Virus record (IMG/VR): IMGVR_UViG_3300020138_000006
Location: 1 to 64,000 of that record
Length of the DNA stretch: 64,000 nucleotides
DNA from: a virus
Lineage: Duplodnaviria > Caudoviricetes
Strand: one strand, 5' to 3'
Part shown: one piece after another, positions 46,861-55,504 of the stretch
Position numbering within the stretch: position 1 is the first letter of the stretch
Layout: each line of letters begins with the position of its first letter
The notes under the pieces: model-generated
The model's database searches: none
The model's input: only the letters and a program-made list of their open reading frames with translations
Told to the model about the DNA's origin: nothing
Program-made: the position numbers and the translations under genes

Positions 46861-48813
46861 TTGTCCGACCTCGATGTCCGGTCCTACCTGCGAGGTAAGG
46901 GCCTGGAGACACGCACCTCTGGCAAGGAGGTGATCGTGCCGTGCTTCTTCCTCTGCGGAGAGCCAGGGAACTCCCGCAAGAAGAAGCTCTACATCAGCTC
47001 CGAGCATGGAGCGCACTCGTGCAAGGTGTGCGGCACGGAGGGCGGATGGCGGGCGATCCTGGAGCACTTCGGGGATCAGATCGAGGGGACTGCGGCCGCT
47101 AAGCCGTCGCGGCGCCTCGCGATCAACGAGGAGTACGTCAGGGCGTGCCAGGACGCTTTGATGCGGAACAAGGCCGCCCTGACGTACCTCTTCGATCGCG
47201 GTCTCACCTTGGAGACCATCGAGACGGCCCGGCTCGGGTACGCCCCGAAGAACGTGGCTGTCGTGGAAGGCCTGCCTTCCGCACTGAAGCCAGGGGGCTT
47301 CACCCGCCAGGAGCTGCGCGATTCCGGCCTGCTCACCGCGTCGGGCAAGGACTTCCACTCCGGCCGGCTCATCATCCCCTACCTGTCCTCAGGGCAGGTT
47401 CTGCAGGTGCGCGGCCGTGCGCTCGACCCTGCAGACAAGATCAAGTACGCGACGCCTCCAGGTGAGCCGGTCCGGCTCTACAACTCCGACGCCTTGCGAG
47501 GCGCCGAGTCCGCCCTCATCTGCGAGGGCGAGATCGACCTGCTCGTGCTGCAGCAGACCCTCCAGTCTTCCCCGGACGTGCGCGCTCGCAACATCGGCGT
47601 CGTCGCGATCCCCGGGGCCCAGTCTCTGCCGGGCGGCAAGGAGGAGTTCGCGGACTACTTCGAGGACGTCCGCCGCGTCTACATCGGGTTCGACAACGAC
47701 AACGCCGGGAAGCAAGGTGCGGTCAAGGTCAAGGACCTGATGGGGACGAAGGGCCGGATCGTCGAGCTCACCGGCGACGACAAGGACTGGGCCGAGTACA
47801 TCGTCAATGGCACCCACGGGTGGCAGGACGTCATGTCGCTCGTCGTCGAGGCCGACATGCGCGGGAAGCGGGTGTTCTCGGTCGGGGAGTCGCTGCTCTC
47901 GTTGCGCAAGCTGGAGCAGGCCGCGCCGGGCATCAAGACGGGGTTCGCAACCCTCGACGCTCTGATCGCCCCCGGCCTTCTGCCGGGGCAGGTGACGGTG
48001 CCTGTCGCCAAGTCAGGAAACGGCAAGAGCGTGTTCCTCGCGAACATCTGCTGGTACACGCGCGACATCCCGTCGATGATGCTGACGCTGGAGCTGACGA
48101 AGGAGGAGACGGCCAAGCGCCTGCTGCGCATCGGCCGCTTCCACGACCCGGTGCTCGACGAGCGGGCGTTGGACCAGGCGTTCCCCCTGCTTGCGATCGT
48201 CGATGAGAACCGACTCGGGCCCGAGGACTTCGACGTGCTCATCGAGGAGTACGCGGAGCAGCACGGCGAGCGCCCCAGGCTGATCCACGTCGACTACCTC
48301 GGCTACTACTCGCGCGGTCAGCACGGCAAGGACCAGTACGAGAAGTCGACGAACGCCATCATGCAGCTGAAGGAGATGGCCAAGAAGCACCAGGTGCACG
48401 TCATCGTGCCGAGCCAGGTGAACCGCGGCCAGAAGCAGGGCGAGCTCATCGACATGGACTCGATGCGCGACTCCGGTGCCGTCGAGGAGACCGCTGACTT
48501 CATCTTCGGGATCTCCCGTCCGCACATGTCGGGCAACCTCGCGAAGGCCACCGGTAACGGCTCCGTCGCGGCCGAGATGAAGGTCAACCTCCCCAAGTCC
48601 CGGCACGGCAATGCGAACCGTGTGGTGAGCGTCTACATGGGCCCGCACTCGCTCGCGATCGTCGACGGGACTGACCGGAAGGCGGTCGCGGTCGTCGAGC
48701 AAGAGGTCGACTCCTACAACCGAGGCGAGACGTACCCGGAGTACCTGGCACGGCGCCAGAAGTCAGCGTGGCTTGCTCGTCAAGGCGAACTCGACACGGG
48801 GGGTGCGCGATGA
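46861..48813 (+). CDS. DNA primase-helicase (zinc finger, TOPRIM, DnaB-like)
   Basis: CFFLC..CKVC, ICEGEID, GFDNDNAG, AKSGNGKS, HVDYL, SQVNR, SMRDSGAVEETAD. Confidence 0.92.
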   Translation: MSDLDVRSYLRGKGLETRTSGKEVIVPCFFLCGEPGNSRKKKLYISSEHGAHSCKVCGTEGGWRAILEHFGDQIEGTAAAKPSRRLAINEEYVRACQDALMRNKAALTYLFDRGLTLETIETARLGYAPKNVAVVEGLPSALKPGGFTRQELRDSGLLTASGKDFHSGRLIIPYLSSGQVLQVRGRALDPADKIKYATPPGEPVRLYNSDALRGAESALICEGEIDLLVLQQTLQSSPDVRARNIGVVAIPGAQSLPGGKEEFADYFEDVRRVYIGFDNDNAGKQGAVKVKDLMGTKGRIVELTGDDKDWAEYIVNGTHGWQDVMSLVVEADMRGKRVFSVGESLLSLRKLEQAAPGIKTGFATLDALIAPGLLPGQVTVPVAKSGNGKSVFLANICWYTRDIPSMMLTLELTKEETAKRLLRIGRFHDPVLDERALDQAFPLLAIVDENRLGPEDFDVLIEEYAEQHGERPRLIHVDYLGYYSRGQHGKDQYEKSTNAIMQLKEMAKKHQVHVIVPSQVNRGQKQGELIDMDSMRDSGAVEETADFIFGISRPHMSGNLAKATGNGSVAAEMKVNLPKSRHGNANRVVSVYMGPHSLAIVDGTDRKAVAVVEQEVDSYNRGETYPEYLARRQKSAWLARQGELDTGGAR

Positions 48814-49097
48814 GCGGACCAGCGCTGTACGTCCTGAAGGAGCCGGTCGAGGCGTGGTTTCTGCCCGCCTGGAGGGGAAGAGGCTTCGAGGAAGACCCGG
48901 AACTCCAAGAGATCGCGGAATGGTGCGGCGGCGAGGTGATGCGCGGGATGGGAATCCATGTGCGAGTCCGCGGCACCAAGCGGCTCGTATTGGGCGGCGT
49001 TTGGCTCGTGAAGGCGAACGGCATTCTGGACGTGATGGGAAACCCGGACTTTCAAGAAACGTACGAGAAGAAGGAGGATTGCGATGTCGATGCGTGA
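48810..49097 (+). CDS. Hypothetical protein
   Basis: EIAEWCGGEV..GVWLVKANG pattern. Confidence 0.65.
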   Translation: MSGPALYVLKEPVEAWFLPAWRGRGFEEDPELQEIAEWCGGEVMRGMGIHVRVRGTKRLVLGGVWLVKANGILDVMGNPDFQETYEKKEDCDVDA

Positions 49098-49635
49098 CGA
49101 CAATCTACGGCTGACCCTGATGAAGGCGGTCGCGGACACTGTCGCGAAGTTCATGGCGGAGGCTCGCGAGCAGCGCCTGCCCGACCTCCTGGACTTCTAC
49201 GACGACAACGGGAGCAAGTCGCTCAGCGTTCGGCTGCCCGACGGAACGAAGGTCGCCACGATCTCGCTGCCCGAGAAGAAGGAGTTCTTCGAGGTCACCG
49301 ACAAGGTGGCGTTCCTGACGTGGGCGCGCGAGCACCACCCGGAGTGGATCGAGACGGTCGTCGTCCCGCCGCAGCCGGAGATCACGTACGAGGAGGTCAG
49401 CGAGACCCAGGCGAACCGCTACCTGAAGGGCCTCGCGCACCAGGGCGACGTCGCGTTCGACGGCAAGACGGGTGAGGTCGTCGACGGCGTCACCTACCAC
49501 CCCAAGGGCCGGCCGACGTCGTTCTCGGTGCTGTGGGAGGGCGAGGGCAAGGAGCGCATCATCGACGCTTGGCGCACCGGCCAGCTCGCCGAGATCGTCG
49601 GCACGGACGTGTTGCCGCAGATCGAGGGGTTGTGA
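49084..49635 (+). CDS. Hypothetical phage protein
   Basis: SVRLPDGTKVATISL..VTDKVAFLTWAREHHP. Confidence 0.75.
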   Translation: MSMRDDNLRLTLMKAVADTVAKFMAEAREQRLPDLLDFYDDNGSKSLSVRLPDGTKVATISLPEKKEFFEVTDKVAFLTWAREHHPEWIETVVVPPQPEITYEEVSETQANRYLKGLAHQGDVAFDGKTGEVVDGVTYHPKGRPTSFSVLWEGEGKERIIDAWRTGQLAEIVGTDVLPQIEGL

Positions 49636-49871
49636 TGGTGACGCAGTCGGAGCGGGATGCTGTCGCCCGCCGCCACCCGAACATCCCGCAGGACGGCCTG
49701 TTCGACCAGAACGAGGTGCCGACGCCCACGCCGCAGAGCGTCTACGACACCTCGAAAGGACGCTGCCGCGAAGGCATCGTCATCGCCGGCCGCTGGTTCC
49801 AGTGCTCCCTCGCGGAGGAGCACGAGGGCTGGTCGCACGGGAGTGTCGAGGCAGAGGCCATCTGGAAGTGA
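49635..49871 (+). CDS. Small hypothetical protein
   Basis: TGATG junction; C..C..HEGWSH. Confidence 0.65.
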   Translation: MVTQSERDAVARRHPNIPQDGLFDQNEVPTPTPQSVYDTSKGRCREGIVIAGRWFQCSLAEEHEGWSHGSVEAEAIWK

Positions 49872-50296
49872 CCGCGCCGACGGACACCACCGTCTACGAC
49901 GAGCTCTACCGGCTCTTCGGTCTCGGTGACTACGTCGGCGACGGAAGCGACTGGTTCAAGTACCGCGCCGTGCAGGCCTCACGGATCAAGAGGACGCGCG
50001 AGAAGCGGGGGGTCGAACCGTTCGAGCTCATCCAGGCGGCGCGCTGGTGCAGGAGCCAGGGCATCTGGATCTACGAGCACTGGGAGATCTACGAGCACCT
50101 GCCTGCGGCGAAGCGAGCGGCAATCGCCAAGGCGGTCGAAGCCGAGACGGCAGACATTGACGCAGCGATCGACGAGGCGCTCGAAGGGATGGACCGGGAC
50201 AGCGTCTGGTTCACCCGGCTGATCCGAGCATCACCGGACATGCGAGAGGAGGTGTACCGGCAGTGGCAGGAGTCGTCATCCCCTTCCCTCGCCTGA
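49868..50296 (+). CDS. Hypothetical protein
   Basis: GTGA junction. Confidence 0.65.
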   Translation: MTAPTDTTVYDELYRLFGLGDYVGDGSDWFKYRAVQASRIKRTREKRGVEPFELIQAARWCRSQGIWIYEHWEIYEHLPAAKRAAIAKAVEAETADIDAAIDEALEGMDRDSVWFTRLIRASPDMREEVYRQWQESSSPSLA

Positions 50297-50535
50297 AGGA
50301 CTGCAGCAAGTGCGTCTACGCGGTCGGCCACGCCACGGGGCGTCCGTGGTGCACCCAGTACATGGAGGACATCGGTGGTGAAGAAGGCCCCTGGGCGGGC
50401 CCCTCGCTGGAGGCCGAAGCCTGCGAGTTCTACGAGCCGTCCGGCGAAGCAGGACGCGCTGGCGGGTCGTCGACACCGGCACGGCTGCACGATCTGCAGC
50501 GCCACGTACGAAGACGCGTGCGTGCGCCCGGGTGA
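50263..50535 (+). CDS. Cys-containing hypothetical protein
   Basis: RBS AGGAGG; DCSKC..WC..ACEFYE. Confidence 0.55.
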   Translation: MAGVVIPFPRLKDCSKCVYAVGHATGRPWCTQYMEDIGGEEGPWAGPSLEAEACEFYEPSGEAGRAGGSSTPARLHDLQRHVRRRVRAPG

Positions 50536-50755
50536 GAACGGGCGGTGCACCGAGTGCAGGGATGTCCCGTACGGCCCTCCGGTGTGGGAGCAGAACTTGC
50601 GCCCCATCGAGTGCTGTGCGGGCGCGAGAGAAGCGACACCCGAGGAGCGGGTGACGTACCTACTCGGCGGTGAGGCCGAGTGGTGGATCTGCCCGAAGTG
50701 CTTTCGGCCCCAGATCTACAAGCCAGGTAACACGAGGAGCAAAGGATGGCAGTGA
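50375..50755 (+). CDS. Cys-rich hypothetical protein
   Basis: RBS GGAGG; CTIC, CTEC and CPKC motifs; overlaps the previous ORF. Confidence 0.55.
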   Translation: MVKKAPGRAPRWRPKPASSTSRPAKQDALAGRRHRHGCTICSATYEDACVRPGENGRCTECRDVPYGPPVWEQNLRPIECCAGAREATPEERVTYLLGGEAEWWICPKCFRPQIYKPGNTRSKGWQ

Positions 50756-51171
50756 TGACGGAGGACACGGTGGACATGGTCGAGGAGCCGATCGGCGACT
50801 ACGACCCGCGCCTGGACACGGGCTCGGAGGACTTCGACGAGGCTCTCGCGCAGCTCGCTGCGGGTGCGCCGACGTTCGAGCAGGAGGAGCAGGGCCAGCC
50901 CGAGAAGCGCTTCTTCGAGGGCAAGCCGGTCGAGGCGACCCAGATCAAGATCACGGGTGTCTCCGGCCTGGACGAGCGCTACAACGGCGTCGAGATCAGT
51001 CTGCACGACCGGGTCCGCCTGGTCGTCGAGGCCCGGGTCACGCGCGTCTCGCACGGGCTCGACAAGGACTCGCGCATCGTGCGTCTTCAGGAGCTGAAGG
51101 CCACGCAGGTCGACATCGTCCCGTGGAACCCGATGGACGAGACGGACGACGGGATCCTGCGCGATGTCTGA
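50746..51171 (+). CDS. Hypothetical acidic protein
   Basis: Operon-consistent ORF. Confidence 0.7.
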   Translation: MAVMTEDTVDMVEEPIGDYDPRLDTGSEDFDEALAQLAAGAPTFEQEEQGQPEKRFFEGKPVEATQIKITGVSGLDERYNGVEISLHDRVRLVVEARVTRVSHGLDKDSRIVRLQELKATQVDIVPWNPMDETDDGILRDV

Positions 51172-51397
51172 CGGCTACGTGGACGCCGGCGGCGGGCTCG
51201 TCGTCACCCCCCGCTTCGGGCGGTGGAACGACGAGAAGCGCATGTACGACCCGGACCTGGCCTGCCGCGCCGTCAGGACGCGGTACCTGAAGAACCGGCC
51301 GACGGTCCTGAAGGACGGCGAGATGGTCATCAAGATCGAGGCGAAGATCCCGGCCTCGGCCTTCACACCCAGGCTCAGCGCCGAGGTCACGTTCTGA
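51164..51397 (+). CDS. Hypothetical protein
   Basis: Overlapping junctions. Confidence 0.6.
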   Translation: MSDGYVDAGGGLVVTPRFGRWNDEKRMYDPDLACRAVRTRYLKNRPTVLKDGEMVIKIEAKIPASAFTPRLSAEVTF

Positions 51398-51903
51398 TGC
51401 GTGTCCTCGCGATCGACCCTGGCAACAAGGAGAGCGGGTGGGTCGTCGTCGATGCGGCGACCCACCGCCCGCTCGCCTTCGACAAGACCGACAACGACGT
51501 GCTGCTCGGCTGGCTCTACACCACCGGGACGCTCGGCGTGAGTCGGGTTCCGGAGTTCGATCACGCGGCGATCGAGATGGTGGCGTCTTACGGCATGGCT
51601 GTTGGCGCTGAGGTCTTCGAGACCTGCGTCTGGATCGGCCGCTACTACGAAGCGTTCCGCAGGGCCCACATGTCCCCGCCGACGCTCATCAAGCGGCAGC
51701 CGGTCAAGCTCCACCACTGCCACAGCCCGAAGGCGAACGACTCCAACGTCCGTCAGGCGCTCGTCGACCGGTTCGCACCGGGCGAGAAGAACTTCGGGAA
51801 GGGCACGAAGGCCAACCCGGGGTTCTTCTACGGCTTCAGTGCCGACGTGTGGCAGGCGTACGCGCTGGCGGTCTACGCCGTCGACACGATGGAAACGTCG
51901 TGA
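51397..51903 (+). CDS. RuvC-like Holliday junction resolvase
   Basis: VLAIDPG..SGW, AAIEMV, DVWQAYALA (RNase H fold acidic residues). Confidence 0.82.
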   Translation: MRVLAIDPGNKESGWVVVDAATHRPLAFDKTDNDVLLGWLYTTGTLGVSRVPEFDHAAIEMVASYGMAVGAEVFETCVWIGRYYEAFRRAHMSPPTLIKRQPVKLHHCHSPKANDSNVRQALVDRFAPGEKNFGKGTKANPGFFYGFSADVWQAYALAVYAVDTMETS

Positions 51904-52043
51904 GTCGCCGCAAGGCGTTGCGCGCGCCGGAGGAGGTGCAGGCGGATCGGCAGCGGGAGCAGAAGGCCCGTGCGGACCGCAACCGGGCGATGAGAGCCCG
52001 CAGGAAGGTCGCCAAGAGGCGCGCGCAGAGGAAGTGGCAGTGA
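51900..52043 (+). CDS. Small basic protein
   Basis: GTGA junction; Arg/Lys-rich, 47 aa. Confidence 0.55.
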   Translation: MSRRKALRAPEEVQADRQREQKARADRNRAMRARRKVAKRRAQRKWQ

Positions 52044-52055
52044 ACAGGAGGAGCG

Positions 52056-52382
52056 ATGGGCAGGTCGGTGGGTAGCGCGGCGTTCACCCCGAAGGAGTAC
52101 CGCTTCATCGCACGCACCGATGGCTCCCAGATGTGCGTCAACTACCCGGAGATGTGGTTCTCCGAGAACACGGGCGAGATGAAGGAGGCGAAGCGAGCCT
52201 GCGGCACGTGTCCCTTCATGCTGGGCTGTCGGCTGGAGGGGCTCATCAACGGCAACAACGGCGTGTGGGGCGGCTTGTCGCACGTCGACCGGAAGCGCAT
52301 GGGGGCGACCGAACGCGAGCGGGAGATCAACCGCCTGCAGCGTGAGATTTCCGCTAGCGCTAAGAAGAATCAGGTGGCCTAG
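52056..52382 (+). CDS. whiB: WhiB family transcription factor
   Basis: C..PEMWF..AKRACGTCPFMLGC..GVWGG; four Cys. Confidence 0.92.
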   Translation: MGRSVGSAAFTPKEYRFIARTDGSQMCVNYPEMWFSENTGEMKEAKRACGTCPFMLGCRLEGLINGNNGVWGGLSHVDRKRMGATEREREINRLQREISASAKKNQVA

Positions 52383-52386
52383 AACG

Positions 52387-52626
52387 ATGGACAAGGAACT
52401 GATCGTCGTTAGTCTCGGCTTCCACGACGAGGGGATCGAGATCACGATCAACGATCCCGGCGAGCAGCGGGCGGGGATCGACGTGGCTCACAACTACTTC
52501 GTGGACTACGAGAGCGAGTCCTTCGGCATGAAGGCGCGCGACCTCCTGGAGGAGGTCATGAGCTTCGCGGACGACATCCACTACGGATGGAAGCGGGCTC
52601 CCAAGCGAAAGGAGGATGGCGAGTGA
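52387..52626 (+). CDS. Hypothetical protein
   Basis: Operon-consistent ORF. Confidence 0.6.
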   Translation: MDKELIVVSLGFHDEGIEITINDPGEQRAGIDVAHNYFVDYESESFGMKARDLLEEVMSFADDIHYGWKRAPKRKEDGE

Positions 52627-53048
52627 AGATCTACATCTCAGGCCCGATGACGGGCATCCCTGAGTTCAACGGGCCCGCGTTCATGGAGGCCGCCCGGCTT
52701 CTGCGCGAACGTGGACACCTGGTCTTCTGTCCTGCCGAGGAGGACCTGAAGGGCGGGCTCGACTGGCACGGCATGACAGGCAAGGAGTCGCCGGAGGAGC
52801 GGGGCTTCGATCTTCGCGCCGCCCTCTTCGCCGATCTGCGGTGGATCGCCCTGGAGGCCGAGGCCATCTGCCTTCTGCCGGGGTGGCGGAACTCCCGGGG
52901 CGCCCTTGCCGAGCTGGCCCTTGGCGCGGCCCTGGACATCCCCGCGGGGAGCATCGAGGACTTCACTTCCGGCGGCGAGCTGGAGAGCGAGCTTGCCTCG
53001 GCACGCAGGTACATGCGCCTCTGGCGCGCGGCTGGTGACGCGGCGTGA
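52623..53048 (+). CDS. DUF4406 / nucleoside 2-deoxyribosyltransferase-like protein
   Basis: KIYISGPMTGIPEFN..PA..DLRWI..AEAICLLPGWRNSRGALAE. Confidence 0.8.
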   Translation: MKIYISGPMTGIPEFNGPAFMEAARLLRERGHLVFCPAEEDLKGGLDWHGMTGKESPEERGFDLRAALFADLRWIALEAEAICLLPGWRNSRGALAELALGAALDIPAGSIEDFTSGGELESELASARRYMRLWRAAGDAA

Positions 53049-54013
53049 GCATCCTCATCGGTCTCAGTGGCAAGAAGGGCTCCGGCAAGGACACCGCTGC
53101 CGACGCGCTCGTGCACGACTTCGGCTACGAGCGGCACGCGTTCGCCAGCCGCTTGAAGGCGGCCGTCACGCGCCTCGACCCGATCATCGACGTCGACGAC
53201 GAGGGCATCTACCGGTACGCCTCAGCGGTCGTTGACCACGGGGAGGAGCGTGTCAAGGCATGGCCGGAGGCGCGGCGCCTCCTGCAGCGCATGGGTACCG
53301 AGGTCGGCAGGGACCTCTTCGGTGACAGCTTCTGGGTCGACCAGACGATGCGCGACGTGGACGCCTCCGGGACCCCCGTCGTCATCACGGACGTGCGCTT
53401 CCCGAACGAGGTCCAGGCCATCCGGGAGCGAGGAGGCATCGTCGTCCGCATCGAGCGCGACGGACTTCCAGAAGACGCTCACCCGTCCGAGCACGCCCTG
53501 GACGACTACACATTCGACGTGGTCATCCAGAACGAGGGGACCGTCGACGAGTTCAAGCGGGACGTCTCGGAGCGCTTGTCGTCCCTCATCGACTCGTACG
53601 GGGGCAAGTCCGCGCGCGCACCGCAGGACCCTGTCCATGCGAACTGCGGTCGCGCGGACCAGTCTGGTCGCGGCATGAACTTCAACGCCTACCAGGCGGC
53701 TACTCGTTCGACGGCCATCTACCCGGAGGCCGGTTCTGGCAGCCCTCTCGCTCTCGCGTACGTCGGGCTGGGGCTGGGGGAGTCGGGTGAGGTGCAGGGC
53801 AAGATCAAGAAGATCATCCGCGACGACTACGGTGTCATCTCGAAGGAGAAGGCGCTCGCTATCGCGGCAGAGGCTGGCGACCTGTTGTGGTACGTCGCGC
53901 GCCTGGCCGACGAGCTCGGCATCCCTCTGAGCAACATCGCCGAGGGCAACCTCGCGAAGCTCTACGACCGGAAGAACCGCAACGTGCTCGGGGGGTCCGG
54001 CGATGAGCGCTGA
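53045..54013 (+). CDS. dNMP kinase fused to a MazG-like nucleotide pyrophosphohydrolase
   Basis: GLSGKKGSGKDT..RRLLQRMGTE..ITDVRFPNE, then in frame FNAYQ..GESGEVQGKIKK..EAGDLLWY..NLAKL. Confidence 0.88.
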   Translation: MSILIGLSGKKGSGKDTAADALVHDFGYERHAFASRLKAAVTRLDPIIDVDDEGIYRYASAVVDHGEERVKAWPEARRLLQRMGTEVGRDLFGDSFWVDQTMRDVDASGTPVVITDVRFPNEVQAIRERGGIVVRIERDGLPEDAHPSEHALDDYTFDVVIQNEGTVDEFKRDVSERLSSLIDSYGGKSARAPQDPVHANCGRADQSGRGMNFNAYQAATRSTAIYPEAGSGSPLALAYVGLGLGESGEVQGKIKKIIRDDYGVISKEKALAIAAEAGDLLWYVARLADELGIPLSNIAEGNLAKLYDRKNRNVLGGSGDER

Positions 54014-54206
54014 CGCCACCTTCATCCTGGGTCTGCCGACCGCCGACTACCAGCTCAACATCAACGTCGCGTACATCGTCTCGTTTGCGGAGTACGAGAC
54101 TCAGGATGGGCAGAAGCAGGTCAGGCTCGTGATGACGAACGGCACGCACGACCTGCTGATGAGTCGCGACGCCTTCATCGAGCGCTTCCGTCGGGCGATT
54201 CACTGA
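54003..54206 (+). CDS. Hypothetical protein
   Basis: Operon-consistent ORF. Confidence 0.6.
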   Translation: MSADATFILGLPTADYQLNINVAYIVSFAEYETQDGQKQVRLVMTNGTHDLLMSRDAFIERFRRAIH

Positions 54207-54385
54207 TGAGGTCGCCGGTGAAGCCTGTGATCGATCCCTCGGTTGAGATCGCATACCTGCACTGGCTCGCGGAGGAGGCGGTGGTCTCAGCGCCCGGGAC
54301 GATCGCCTGGCGTCTCGCGGCGCACGGTTGGTTGATGGGCCGGGCGACTCGCCTGACGAGCACGACCAAGAAGAAGGAGAAGTGA
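54206..54385 (+). CDS. Hypothetical protein (59 aa, below the ORF-track cutoff)
   Basis: TGATG start; MRSPVKPVIDPSVEIAYLHW..KKKEK; fills the gap exactly. Confidence 0.5.
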   Translation: MRSPVKPVIDPSVEIAYLHWLAEEAVVSAPGTIAWRLAAHGWLMGRATRLTSTTKKKEK

Positions 54386-54386
54386 G

Positions 54387-54695
54387 ATGGACGCACTGGA
54401 GTCGCTCGCCCTCGCCCTCATGCTCGGGGGCGCCGGGGCCTGCATCGCGGCGCTGGTGATCATGGGGGTTCTCTTGATCGTTCCCGCCACGGACAGGGTG
54501 GAGAAGGAGGTCCTGAACGGGCTGGACACTGCGAACGCGTTCGTGATGTACACCTACTGCGCCTGCAGTCTCGCGCTCGCCACCATCTATGCAGGTCGAG
54601 GCTCGTGGGCCGTTGCGGCCGTCCTTGTGGGAACTGCGGTACTCGTCTGGCTGAACACCCGCAAGCACACGCGGGGCACCAAGGAGGAGGACTGA
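54387..54695 (+). CDS. Membrane protein
   Basis: Three hydrophobic segments. Confidence 0.7.
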   Translation: MDALESLALALMLGGAGACIAALVIMGVLLIVPATDRVEKEVLNGLDTANAFVMYTYCACSLALATIYAGRGSWAVAAVLVGTAVLVWLNTRKHTRGTKEED

Positions 54696-54979
54696 TGGAC
54701 GACTTGCAGATCTCTCCCGCCGTGCGCGCGATGCTCGCTGGAGGGACATCCGCCACGGCGCCGCTCGTCGAGTTCGTGGAGGCGTACTCCGTGGACGACA
54801 ACCTGTGGTGGAAGACCGACTGCGGCCACCACCAGAACCTGTTCGAGGAGGCGTGTGATCGCCTGGAGGTCGCACTCAGCAAGCTGGAGGCGATCCGGCG
54901 CGTCCTCGACACGGAGCCGATCGGGTGGCGAGACCTGCGCGAGCCGATCAGGGCGGTGCTTGACGGGGTGACGGCATGA
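54695..54979 (+). CDS. Hypothetical protein
   Basis: RBS GGAGGAGG; TGATG junction. Confidence 0.65.
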   Translation: MDDLQISPAVRAMLAGGTSATAPLVEFVEAYSVDDNLWWKTDCGHHQNLFEEACDRLEVALSKLEAIRRVLDTEPIGWRDLREPIRAVLDGVTA

Positions 54980-55503
54980 AGCGCATCGCAGGGCGGGTCC
55001 TCGTCGGGATCCGTGAGCCCCTGGGAGGGGCTCTCCGTCGCGGGTACAAGGACTTCTCCGGGAAGCACTCGCAGATCGAGTACGACGACGGGGACGACGT
55101 CCAGCCAGCAGGTCTGGCCGAGGCGAACATCTACACCTCACAGATCCGCGACGACCCCAGGGGTCGGCACATGGTGATCTTGGACCTGGACGTGCCCGTC
55201 CAGGTGTTCCACTCGGCCAACCCGGGGCACAGTCACCTCTACATCGAGAAGCCCGTCGACGCTGACGACTACTTCCACCTGATGGGTCTGCTCGTCAGGA
55301 TGGGCATCGTCGAGCAGGGGTACCTGGGAGCTTCGCTCAGTCGTGGGTACGGGGTCCTGCGTGCTCCGTGGATGCCGAAGAAGAAGGTGACTCGACCCCT
55401 GGGGGGACTCCTCGCGGAGGAGGCGCGCAGGAAGGCTGAGGAAGCCCGCGAGTCCCAGTTGTTGGCAGACGCCATGGCCTACAAGGCTCTGCTGGCGGCA
55501 TGA
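54976..55503 (+). CDS. Conserved phage protein
   Basis: HMVILDLD..HSANPGHSHLYI..GY..S..RG..LRAPW. Confidence 0.7.
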   Translation: MKRIAGRVLVGIREPLGGALRRGYKDFSGKHSQIEYDDGDDVQPAGLAEANIYTSQIRDDPRGRHMVILDLDVPVQVFHSANPGHSHLYIEKPVDADDYFHLMGLLVRMGIVEQGYLGASLSRGYGVLRAPWMPKKKVTRPLGGLLAEEARRKAEEARESQLLADAMAYKALLAA

Positions 55504-55504
55504 G

